Positions 1 to 8,146 of a stretch of DNA of 25,710 nucleotides are shown here, piece by piece. Under the pieces are notes generated by a model, which saw nothing but the letters and a program-made list of their open reading frames with translations, had not been told where the DNA came from and ran no database searches. This stretch comes from an uncultured bacterium (GTDB taxonomy: Bacteria > T1Sed10-126): positions 1-25,710 of the forward strand of contig CAZMIT010000012.1 of the NCBI GenBank assembly GCA_964566495.1, read 5' to 3'. Each line of letters opens with the position of its first letter. Position 1 is the first letter of the stretch. A program made the position numbers and the translations under genes.

Positions 1-2
1 AA

Positions 3-1310
3 ACATCGACCGTAATCGGCAGTGAGCCGGGCCGGGTTAGCTTCGGTGAGGGCGGACAGACGACCCAGCAGGGCAGTATCGAAGTAACTCTCGTGCCCCG
101 CAACCGCCGTGATACCGACATCTGGACCTACATGAGTCGCTGGCGCGAGGAGTTTAACCAGTATCCCGAGCTACTTAATCTGGGTCTGGTTGAATACGGC
201 GCTACGCCTTTTGCGACCACAGTTGCACCGGTTGAACTAAGGCTCCGTGGCCGCCGCGACGAGCTGCTGGACCGGGCGGCTGAAGATATTTTGGCCGAGC
301 TGCGCGAAGTTGACGAAGTTACCGACCTGAGGCGGGACTGGTATCGGGCGCAAATCAAGCACAACCTTCAACCGCGCGAGTGGAAGACGGCCCGCCACGG
401 ACTAACCCCGGGTGATGTGGCTAATTTCATCAACGCCGTCGTCCGCGGCCGCCGCGCCGGTGATTTGGACCTGCAGGATTTCGACGATATTCCACTGCAG
501 GTCGAATACGCCACGGATCGTTACCTTAGTCGGCCGAAGCAACTGCTTGACCTCACCCTGCCCGTCGACGGCCGGCCGCTGCCCCTGCGTTCTCTGGTCG
601 ACCTCGAGCAGCGGCGCGAGAAGACAGTTGAAACCCGCCGCGACCTCCAGCGCACCGTCTCCGTCCTCGGCGTAAACCACCGGCTGCCCGTCTCCCAGAC
701 TACCGATGCTGTAACTGCCCGCCTGGACGAGGTCGACTACGAGACCCCGCCCGGAGTTGAGCTGGAAGTGGCCGGCACCATCGCCGACATGAACGAGACG
801 ATGAGCCGTCTCGGGCCGGCCCTGCTGGTCGGTCTGGCCCTGCTCTACCTGTTTCTCAGCGCCGTCTTCAAGGACTGGCTGCACCCGCTGACCCTGATGG
901 CTGTAATCCCGCTCTCCCTGTTGGGCGCCTTCCCCGCTCTGCTGCTTTTCAACAAGCCGATGTCCATGCCGGCAATGATGGGTTTTGTGCTGATGAACGG
1001 CACCGTGGTTAACGACGCCATCCTTATGCTCACCTTTATCCTTGAGGAACGCAAAAGCGGCAGCTCAACTACGACAGCTGTCGAGCAGGGCGTGCGCCTG
1101 CGCATGCGACCAATACTGATGACTACCGTCTCCACCGTGGTCGGCTTCTCGCCGCTGATCTTCGAGTGGGCGGTTGGGCTCGAACGGATGAGTCCGCTGG
1201 GGATCGTCGCCGGCGCCGGTCTGATAACCGGCACCTTCCTCACCCTGGTTATCGTCCCCATGGTCTACGCCATCTTCGAGGACCTGCGTTCTGATTCAGC
1301 TCGTAGTTAA
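3..1310 (+). CDS. RND efflux transporter permease subunit (AcrB/AcrD/AcrF family), 5'-truncated by window edge
   Basis: Frame is open from position 3 (TSTVIGSEPGRVSFG...). C-terminal TM helices carry RND motifs GTVVNDAILM and RMRPILMTT, and the ending LTLVIVPMVY. Confidence 0.93.
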   Translation, partial: TSTVIGSEPGRVSFGEGGQTTQQGSIEVTLVPRNRRDTDIWTYMSRWREEFNQYPELLNLGLVEYGATPFATTVAPVELRLRGRRDELLDRAAEDILAELREVDEVTDLRRDWYRAQIKHNLQPREWKTARHGLTPGDVANFINAVVRGRRAGDLDLQDFDDIPLQVEYATDRYLSRPKQLLDLTLPVDGRPLPLRSLVDLEQRREKTVETRRDLQRTVSVLGVNHRLPVSQTTDAVTARLDEVDYETPPGVELEVAGTIADMNETMSRLGPALLVGLALLYLFLSAVFKDWLHPLTLMAVIPLSLLGAFPALLLFNKPMSMPAMMGFVLMNGTVVNDAILMLTFILEERKSGSSTTTAVEQGVRLRMRPILMTTVSTVVGFSPLIFEWAVGLERMSPLGIVAGAGLITGTFLTLVIVPMVYAIFEDLRSDSARS

Positions 1311-1374
1311 TTTGTCAGAATCTTCCACCGGCTCTTTTCAAAAAAATTTCCCAGCCCTAACAAATCAATAAGCG

Positions 1375-1418
1375 ATTCATTCCGATATTCTTACGATCGT
1401 AAGAATATCAGAATGAAT
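1375..1418. promoter_or_regulatory. 44-bp near-perfect palindrome, downstream copy of putative ArsR operator
   Basis: attcattc-c-gatattcttacga|tcgtaagaatatc-a-gaatgaat; the 26-bp core 1384-1409 is perfect and abuts the arsR stop codon. Confidence 0.6.
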
Positions 1419-1706
1419 TTAATCCTCGAATCTCTCTAAAAATTCTTTGAGTGCAAAAACTGCTCTTACTAATTTCGGTCGTTTCAGCCAGTAAAATCGT
1501 TTTCGTCCTTTGGTGTGTGATTCCACCAGATCGTTGTCCCGTAAAACTCTCATGTGGTGTGAAACCGTTTTTACGGAGCGATTTACGTAATTTGCCAGGA
1601 GAGTCACGTTTGCCTTACCTTCCTGGAGTCGCAGCAAAATTTGTAGCCGAACTCCATTACCTAACGCCTGGAACATCTCGCTAAGCCGGTGAAGAATTTC
1701 ATCCAT
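1419..1706 (-). CDS. ArsR/SmtB family transcriptional regulator (no Cys residues)
   Basis: FQALGNGVRLQIL...VSHHMRVLRDNDLV...GRKRFY winged HTH. ATG at 1706 chosen because GGAGG at 1718-1722 overlaps the ORF-track start. Confidence 0.9.
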   Translation of the reverse strand: MDEILHRLSEMFQALGNGVRLQILLRLQEGKANVTLLANYVNRSVKTVSHHMRVLRDNDLVESHTKGRKRFYWLKRPKLVRAVFALKEFLERFED

Positions 1707-1738
1707 TTCAAAAAACACCTCCCAAAAAATATTCCCAC

Positions 1739-1782
1739 ATTCTTACGATCGTAAGAATATAAGAATAAATGTGAAAGGTCAA
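1739..1782 (-). promoter_or_regulatory. arsR promoter with overlapping 20-bp palindromic operator
   Basis: Minus strand TTGACC(1782-1777)-17 nt-TATTCT(1759-1754). Perfect palindrome attcttacgatcgtaagaat (1739-1758) overlaps the -10 and start region. Confidence 0.7.
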
Positions 1783-1917
1783 TGAGGCGAGAATAATCGA
1801 ATAGAGTTCTTTGGTAGGAAGAAAAAATACTTAATTTTCGGATTTATCTCGGGTATAATTTTGAACTCTAAAAATCAGCATGTTCTTGCTTGAAATATAC
1901 CCGGGTAGTGGTTTAAA

Positions 1918-2301
1918 TTGATTATTCAGCCTAAAAATCTGTTATTTTTGCTGGTGGCTTTTGTGTTATTGAACGGTGGAGGTTGCAGCGGTGAACCGGT
2001 GGAAGAAGTTGTGCATCTTAACGCGGAGGAAGCGCGAACGGTGCTGGAAGAATACGAGGAGATCACCATATTAGACGTTCGCAGCGACCAGGAGTTCAGT
2101 AACGAGCGGATCCAGGGGGCGGTAAACGTCCCTCACAATCATCCCCGTTTTACGCAGCGAGTGGAACAGCTTACTGAAACCGAGGCAATTTTAATTTACT
2201 GCCTCAGGGGACGACGAAGTAGTTTGGTGCTGAGCGAACTTACGGAAGCCGTTGAGGGAAAAATTTATCACCTGGAGGCCGGGATTATTGGCTGGCGCTG
2301 A
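1918..2301 (+). CDS. Rhodanese-like domain protein, probable lipoprotein
   Basis: ILDVRSDQEF...IQGAVNVP, active-site loop YCLRGRRS, LEAGIIGW. Hydrophobic N-terminus followed by GGGC. Confidence 0.85.
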   Translation: MIIQPKNLLFLLVAFVLLNGGGCSGEPVEEVVHLNAEEARTVLEEYEEITILDVRSDQEFSNERIQGAVNVPHNHPRFTQRVEQLTETEAILIYCLRGRRSSLVLSELTEAVEGKIYHLEAGIIGWR

Positions 2302-2309
2302 GCGTTAAG

Positions 2310-2392
2310 TTCGGTATTCGGTTATCGGTGTTCAGTAGTCGGTAAGTTCAAAACCGCTCACCGATTACTGTTGCTAAATACGGGCTACCTCT
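2310..2392. repeat. Degenerate heptamer tandem array followed by a looser inverted array
   Basis: ttcggta ttcggtt atcggtg ttcagta gtcggta, then aaccgct caccgat tactgtt ... Confidence 0.55.
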
Positions 2393-2574
2393 TTTTCGTC
2401 CGTTAATCCCATCGTTTTTTCGCTACTCGCCTCATCGCCTCCTCGCTTCCCAGTGCTGGGGTCGGAGCCTGCGATGATAAACGTCGGGGCCAAGGCTCAG
2501 GATATAATTCGTCCTCGCATTGGGGCTGTAGTCGTCAAACAAGTAATTTTGTTGTATCAGAAAGGAAATCCTTT

Positions 2575-3810
2575 ATGTCCGAAAATCTAATTGACAAAAA
2601 CATAGTCAAGTTTGGTTTTTATGGTTTTTTGAAGAACCTGCAGTTTTTTGAGCCTTTTATCTATCTTTACTTTCTTGCCGTTGGACTGAACTACTTCCAG
2701 ATCGGGATTATCCTTTCCATCCGGGAGATCAGCACTTACGTCTTTGAGATTCCGACCGGAGTGATCGCCGACACCTGGGGTAAGAAACGTTCAATGTTGC
2801 TCTGTTTTACTTTCTACTCGATTTCCTTTGCCGTTTACTGGACGGCGGAGACCTTCTGGATTATTGCCCTGGCCAGCGTCTTTTTCGGTCTTGGTGAGGC
2901 CTTCCGCCAGGGTACCCACAAGGCGATAATTTTTGACTATCTTGATTATCGCGGCATACCGGATCGCAAGTCGGAGGTCTATGGGTTCACCAGTGCAGTC
3001 GCCCAGGTGGGTTCGGCCCTGTCGGCTATACTGGCCGCCGCGTTGCTGCTCTGGCGCCGTGATTACCACCTGATTTTCCTCTTCTCCATAATTCCTTATG
3101 CGGCTGCTTTCATGCTTATATTGACCTATCCGCCCGAGAAACGAAATTACGAGGAGGGTCAGTCGCTGGGCCGGTTGATGTGGGAACATGCGAAGGAGAG
3201 TCTCGGCGTGCTTACTAATATCGGTTCTCTGCACCACGTGCTTATGAATTCTTCGACCTTTGACGGCACCTTCATGGCCAGTCGTGATTATGTCCAGCCG
3301 CTCGTTCGTGACTTTCTGGTTGCCGCTCCCGTCTTAGCTGTTCTTGGTGATGATTTTACCCAGGAGACGGTTACGGTCAGTTTGCTTTATCTTCTGCTTC
3401 ATCTCGTCGGCGCGGTTGCTTCTCGATACGCTTACCGGATAAACGATTATTTTTCATCACCTCTTGGACCGTTGAACGCGATTTTTATCGGGCAGGCCCT
3501 GGTGTTATTCTTGGTTGGTCTGTTCAGTGAAATCAGCCTGATCGCCGTCTTCCTTCTCTTCCTGCTGCTCAAAGCGGCCATGTATTCTCGCCGGCCGCTG
3601 TTGCTGGCCCACCTGGACAAGCAGATTGATGAGAAACAGCGAGCTACGATGCTCTCCATCGAGAATCAGCTTCGCGCCCTCACCGTCGTCGTGGTCGCTC
3701 CCATACTCGGCGCAATAGCCGAGTATTTTTCTCTACGGATAATGTTCATGTCCGCCGGCGGCGCCATGGCCCTGCTTTATTTTGTGGCGCTGCGATTTAA
3801 AGAGAATTAA
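2575..3810 (+). CDS. MFS transporter
   Basis: About 12 hydrophobic segments; motif A-like EIPTGVIADTWGKKRS; FFGLGEAFRQGT. Confidence 0.92.
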   Translation: MSENLIDKNIVKFGFYGFLKNLQFFEPFIYLYFLAVGLNYFQIGIILSIREISTYVFEIPTGVIADTWGKKRSMLLCFTFYSISFAVYWTAETFWIIALASVFFGLGEAFRQGTHKAIIFDYLDYRGIPDRKSEVYGFTSAVAQVGSALSAILAAALLLWRRDYHLIFLFSIIPYAAAFMLILTYPPEKRNYEEGQSLGRLMWEHAKESLGVLTNIGSLHHVLMNSSTFDGTFMASRDYVQPLVRDFLVAAPVLAVLGDDFTQETVTVSLLYLLLHLVGAVASRYAYRINDYFSSPLGPLNAIFIGQALVLFLVGLFSEISLIAVFLLFLLLKAAMYSRRPLLLAHLDKQIDEKQRATMLSIENQLRALTVVVVAPILGAIAEYFSLRIMFMSAGGAMALLYFVALRFKEN

Positions 3811-3938
3811 TTCTGGTGGAATTTAAGTTTATTTTGATATTATTTCAACGAACTGAATATAGCATACAGGACAGGTTATTTGTTTTTTAATTCGACAAAG
3901 TTTTGAGGGAATAGAACCTTGATCAGGGAGGTAAAATA

Positions 3939-5465
3939 ATGAGCAACGGGCAATTTTGTTACAACCTGTTTCGGCGAGAAGATTGGGATGGTTTTTTTGC
4001 TCTCTTCCAGAACAATCTGGCTAATTTTGCCTTGATTGCTATTGTAATGTTAGGTATGGACTTCCCGCCGGAAATAGTTTTTGGATACGTAATTCCCGGC
4101 GCAGCTATAGCCGTTCTGGCCGGTAACCTTTACTACGCCTGGATGGCCCGGAGGCTGGCGCGAAAAGAAAATCGTAACAATGTAACAGCGCTATCTTATG
4201 GTATTTCAACCCCGCCAATGTTTGTTTTTCTTTACGGTATCCTTAACGTTGCCCTGGAAATGACCGGTGGCGACCACCGTCTGGCCTGGAAACTCGCCGT
4301 CGGTGCCGCTCTTCTTGGTGGAGTAATTGAAATGTTCGGGGCCATAATTGGTCCCTGGCTGCGCCGGAACCTGCCCCGGGCTGCTATGCTCGGTGCAATA
4401 GCGGGTGTGGCTATTAGTTTCATGACTGTTGAGTTGCTCGCTGAAACCATGGCCATGCCAGTGATTGGCTTTGTAGTGCTTGGAATTATAGTTGTCGGCT
4501 TAATTGCCGACACGACTATGCCCTTCCAGATCCCCACCTCTATTCTCGCTCTCGTTGTCGGGACCGTTCTGGCCTATGGTCTCGGCCGAGCCGACCTGGC
4601 CGGTGTGGAGGAATACCTTGAGCGTTTAAGCTTCTACCCGCTGCGTCCCACACTGGCTGCTTTCGGCGGTTTGAGTGAGCTATTCACCACTTTCTCCGCC
4701 CTGCTGGCCACGCTGATACCGATCGAAATCTATAACCTTATTGAAACTATGAACAACGTCGAGGCCGTCAGTGCCCTGGGTGACGACTACAATGTTCGCG
4801 AGTGTATGCTTGTTGACGGTGCCGGGACAGCGCTTGGTTCTCTATTCGGCGGTTGTTTTCCAACCACGGTTTATATTGCCTCAGCCGGTGCCAAGGAGAT
4901 GAAGGCCGGCGCCGGTTACTCAATAGGGAATGGGGTCGCTCTTGCCCTGCTTGCTTTCTCCGGCGGAATTGCCCTGGTTTCCGAGCTCATCCCCCTGCCG
5001 GTAATTGCTCCCATCCTTGTTTACGTTGGCGTTATAATGGTCACCAACGCTTTCATGACCAGTCCACATCGCCACGCTCCGGCCGTCGTTGTTGCCAGTA
5101 TCCCTTATATTTTCAATTATCTGGTCTCCAACTTTGAATTTGCGACTGCCGATTATCCGGCTCTGGAGCAGCTTGCCGCGGGAGCCCTGGTCACCGGACT
5201 CGTCTGGGGGGCCCTCGTCTGTTTCGTCATCGACCGGCGCTGGTTGCACGCTGTTTTTACCGGTATTATTGGATACTTGTTGGCGGCAGTGGGATTTATA
5301 CACAACGAAGAGATAGGATTGTATCTACTTGAGGAATTTTCGCTGATGTATCTCGGCTGGACATTGCTTATGTTGTTTTTCCTGATTTATTATCATTACA
5401 AGCCCGAAGCGGAGGGCTCTTACTCGCCCTGTTACCTGCAGGAAAGTGAATCAACTTCAAAATAG
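3939..5465 (+). CDS. NCS2-like (xanthine/uracil/vitamin C, AzgA-related) permease
   Basis: DWDGFFALFQNNL, TALSYGISTP, PRAAMLGAIAG, ETMNNVEA, FGGCFPTTVYI; GGAGG RBS upstream. Confidence 0.85.
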   Translation: MSNGQFCYNLFRREDWDGFFALFQNNLANFALIAIVMLGMDFPPEIVFGYVIPGAAIAVLAGNLYYAWMARRLARKENRNNVTALSYGISTPPMFVFLYGILNVALEMTGGDHRLAWKLAVGAALLGGVIEMFGAIIGPWLRRNLPRAAMLGAIAGVAISFMTVELLAETMAMPVIGFVVLGIIVVGLIADTTMPFQIPTSILALVVGTVLAYGLGRADLAGVEEYLERLSFYPLRPTLAAFGGLSELFTTFSALLATLIPIEIYNLIETMNNVEAVSALGDDYNVRECMLVDGAGTALGSLFGGCFPTTVYIASAGAKEMKAGAGYSIGNGVALALLAFSGGIALVSELIPLPVIAPILVYVGVIMVTNAFMTSPHRHAPAVVVASIPYIFNYLVSNFEFATADYPALEQLAAGALVTGLVWGALVCFVIDRRWLHAVFTGIIGYLLAAVGFIHNEEIGLYLLEEFSLMYLGWTLLMLFFLIYYHYKPEAEGSYSPCYLQESESTSK

Positions 5466-5500
5466 TTTTTTGGCGTGTCGCCATTAAATGCCACTTATTT

Positions 5501-5809
5501 TGTCATTCCGGGCAAGCGACCGTAGGTGGCGCTCCCCGGAATCCATGTGTAGGACCCGGATTAACACGGATTTTTTTACAGAATTAAACAAAATTTTAAA
5601 AGCATTTGTTTGTTTACCTCGATGCAAATCAGAGCGTTTCGTTCGATTCTACGTTTAATTTTTCCAGTTCTTTCTGATTTGCTTCGGGGTTTATCAGTTG
5701 TTTTTATCTGTGGCTATCTGTGTTCACCCGTGTCCCATATAAGACGATTTAAAATGGATTGCGGATCGTGGTCCGCAATGACGACCGATAGGTCAATCCC
5801 GCAATGACA
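5501..5809. repeat. CGTC-tagged REP-like palindrome dimer with an inserted element
   Basis: Left unit tgtcattccggg...ccggaatcca (5501-5545); right unit tggattgcgga...tccgcaatgacg (5755-5783); extra ccgcaatgaca at 5799-5809. Homologous to 12449-12538 in the opposite orientation. Confidence 0.75.
5546..5741. mobile_element. MITE-like element, copy A (decamer-repeat inverted ends)
   Basis: Left end taggacccggattaacacggat; right end atctgtggct atctgtgttc acccgtgtcc. Homologous to 6880-7026. Confidence 0.65.
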
Positions 5810-6065
5810 CTGCAGGCGCCAAACAATTACAGATGTTTTTTTGGGAGGAAACATATGACAAAAAATACTGTCTTGAATTTTATTATTTGTGGCTTGCTTC
5901 TCGTTGTTTTCACATTTTGTTCTAAAAACCTGGTTTTGAAACATCAATTTCCGAGGCTTTCGATAGGAGGGTGAAAAGGCAAAAGGAAACAACAGTTTGT
6001 CTTTTTTAAACGGTCATTTTGAAGTGGCGAAAGTAGCGGAGTAGATGTAAATGTTAGGAACGACG

Positions 6066-6542
6066 TCAGTCATTCATTTTTTCGATTTTTTTAAGTTCAA
6101 GAGCATCGAGGGTATCTTTGGGACGGTCGGAGGAATGTTTGTTTTTAATGAGTGCTTTACGACCAATTACCTTTAGCTCGATGTTTTTATGTTGCCATCT
6201 GTTTGTTGATTGGTTGGCTTCCTCGTATGTAACGCCGCTGATAGTGTTCAGCAAATCAGTTGTGTTTTTGCCCGCGCCAAATCGCAAAGCGTTTTTTTCC
6301 AGAAGAACGTTATAGTCAGGAAACTCCTCCGGTAATTCACCAAAAAACTCACTCAGGGCTTGGTATAATTTTTTTACGTTACTTTTTTTCGGATTATAAA
6401 AAATATCCAAATCCTGTGAGTCCCGGGGAAACCCGTGGTAAGCGACGGCGAAGGCCCCAATTAACATAAATTCGACATCGTGTTTCAAAAGGCAACGCAA
6501 AAGTTCATACTGTTCACCGGTGATATATTCACTGTCTTCCAA
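6066..6542 (-). CDS. Nucleotidyltransferase-like protein (DUF6036/MenT/AbiEii-related), putative toxin
   Basis: LIGAFAVAYHGFPRDSQDLDIF, DLLNTISGV, LIKNKHSSDRPKDTLD. TTG start 3 nt after the upstream stop. Confidence 0.85.
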   Translation of the reverse strand: MEDSEYITGEQYELLRCLLKHDVEFMLIGAFAVAYHGFPRDSQDLDIFYNPKKSNVKKLYQALSEFFGELPEEFPDYNVLLEKNALRFGAGKNTTDLLNTISGVTYEEANQSTNRWQHKNIELKVIGRKALIKNKHSSDRPKDTLDALELKKIEKMND

Positions 6543-6545
6543 TGT

Positions 6546-6743
6546 TTAATCGTCGGGGAGGGGTTCTACAATAATTTTGGGGTCATACAGGGAAACATTT
6601 GTTCGGGGATGCCGGTTCTTTAGCCGGGCCAGTTCTTCAATGCGCTCTTCCGGGGTCATTTCAGCTCTTCGGCGTAACTCGGCTTCATCCATTTGTTCCA
6701 ATGAGTCAAAAATTTGCACCGTCATGTTGCGTCGAGGAGTCAT
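6546..6743 (-). CDS. Small helical protein with MTPEER motif, putative antitoxin partner
   Basis: 65 aa; GGAGG RBS at 6753-6757; tightly coupled to the NTase gene. Confidence 0.75.
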   Translation of the reverse strand: MTPRRNMTVQIFDSLEQMDEAELRRRAEMTPEERIEELARLKNRHPRTNVSLYDPKIIVEPLPDD

Positions 6744-6879
6744 TTCAAACCGCCTCCACCGCCGTTTCTAAACGACCACGTAAATTCGTTTGATTTTTTC
6801 GTGTCACTTATACATCCACCAACAAAACGCTCATTGGTAGATTATAGGATTATCGGGAATTACCTATAATCCGAGACCA

Positions 6880-7026
6880 TACATAGGACACGGATTAATG
6901 CGGATTTTTTTGTAAAAAACAAAAAGCACTTTTGTTTTTCGCAGAATCAAACAGAATTTCAAAAACATTTATTGATGTACCCGTTATTTTATCCGTGGCT
7001 ATCTGTGTTTATCCATGTCCTATACA
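6880..7026. mobile_element. MITE-like element, copy B
   Basis: taggacacggattaatgcggat ... atccgtggct atctgtgttt atccatgtcc tataca. Shares both ends and an internal segment with copy A. Confidence 0.65.
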
Positions 7027-7055
7027 TATTATACAACAAATAAGGAAAGATTTCA

Positions 7056-7112
7056 CTAAACTTTCGCGCTTCCACACCAGCAGGGATCGTTTCGACCCGG
7101 TTTGGAAGACAT
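7056..7112 (-). pseudogene. Truncated SEC-C motif gene fragment
   Basis: ATG-started MSSKPGRNDPCWCGSAKV*; matches SEC-C GRNDPCxCGSG but lacks the KKYKxCC/H half. Confidence 0.6.
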
Positions 7113-7396
7113 TAGTTCAAATCATAGCCCTTATCCAAGTTGAAAATTCCCATACATTATGCCATTTAAATACACTTCTGGCCACATTTTTGATCATTCT
7201 TATAGAACCTGCCGAAACCCCTGTCAATGCCCTACTCCACCTCATTAAAAATCGTCATTCCACGCTCCGCGTACCGGCCCGAGTTCAAGTACTACTTTGA
7301 CTTATACTTTAAGAGACATGCCTCCAATGCATAAAGAAATTTGGACAAAAGAACAGACTGAACTATTACCCCTGGTAGGGAACTTTTTATTTGATT

Positions 7397-8146
7397 TTAA
7401 AGTCGAGTCAGGAGACTGCGTTTATGCCAGGTGAGGGCGCCGGCGAGAATAGTCAGGGTAAAAAGACAGCTCATCAACAAGGCCAGGAAAGGGTTGAGGT
7501 AACTCGTGTTGCTGTAAGTCAAATCAAGCAGATCGACCGTGTAGGTCAGGGGCGAAAATAGGGCCAGGAAGCGCAATCCTCCGGGCAGATCAGCCAGCGG
7601 CATAAATACTCCGCTTAAAAAGATCAGTGGCAACCGGACGATGTTGGAAAGCATCATCACGTTGGCCGGTTTGTCGGTGGGCAGGGCGGAAAACAAGCTG
7701 CCCAGGGCGGCGAAACAGAAGCTCCCCGGCAAAAGAGCCAGTAATAGTGTCAAAATTGATCCGGGCTGGACGCCGAGAAAGAAAAACCCGCCGGTGACGA
7801 TGAGGAGACTGAGCGCCAGGCCGAAAATAAAACCGGCGAGCACGTCGCCAAGAATTAGCAGGGAAAAGGGAGCCGGGCTGGTAAGCAGCCGTTCAAGAGT
7901 TCGGGTTCGTGTCTCCCAGGGAGTTATGAAAGGACCGACCGAGGAGCCGGTGAAGAACAGAGTTATGCCCAGGAAAGCGGGCATGAGCTCGGCCGGACCG
8001 CTACCGCGGCCAAAGGCAAAGGCCAGGAAAAGAAAGAAGGGAAAAAAGAGACCAAAGATGAGTACCGGCGGTTCGGTGTAGTAAACCCGAACGTTCTTCC
8101 AGGTGACGGCCGCCAGTTGCCGCGAGCGCAGAAGTAATTTATTCAT
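7397..8146 (-). CDS. ABC-2 type transporter permease
   Basis: About six TM segments, ETRTRTLERLLTSP, PLIFLSGVFMPL, SPLTYTVD. Overlaps the ATPase stop. Confidence 0.92.
   Translation of the reverse strand: MNKLLLRSRQLAAVTWKNVRVYYTEPPVLIFGLFFPFFLFLAFAFGRGSGPAELMPAFLGITLFFTGSSVGPFITPWETRTRTLERLLTSPAPFSLLILGDVLAGFIFGLALSLLIVTGGFFFLGVQPGSILTLLLALLPGSFCFAALGSLFSALPTDKPANVMMLSNIVRLPLIFLSGVFMPLADLPGGLRFLALFSPLTYTVDLLDLTYSNTSYLNPFLALLMSCLFTLTILAGALTWHKRSLLTRL

Noticed and set aside
1848..1904. Imperfect inverted repeat ctcgggtata/tatacccggg upstream of the rhodanese
   Set aside because: Short, single copy and overlapping a probable -10 box; not enough support for a separate feature.
2299..2301. Selenocysteine read-through of the rhodanese TGA
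   Set aside because: Not at the catalytic position, no recognisable SECIS, and the downstream sequence is a heptamer array.
2521..2531. 11-bp match (tggggctgtag) to the tRNA-Ala 5' end as an att site
   Set aside because: Too short, matches the 5' rather than the 3' end, and no integrase is present; no duplicated tRNA 3' ends were seen.
5610..5992. ORFs 5610-5807(+) and 5714-5992(-)
   Set aside because: Translations of repeat/MITE DNA with no RBS or recognisable motif.
6932..7300. 122-aa + strand ORF
   Set aside because: Starts inside MITE copy B, has no motif, and is antisense to the SEC-C remnant.
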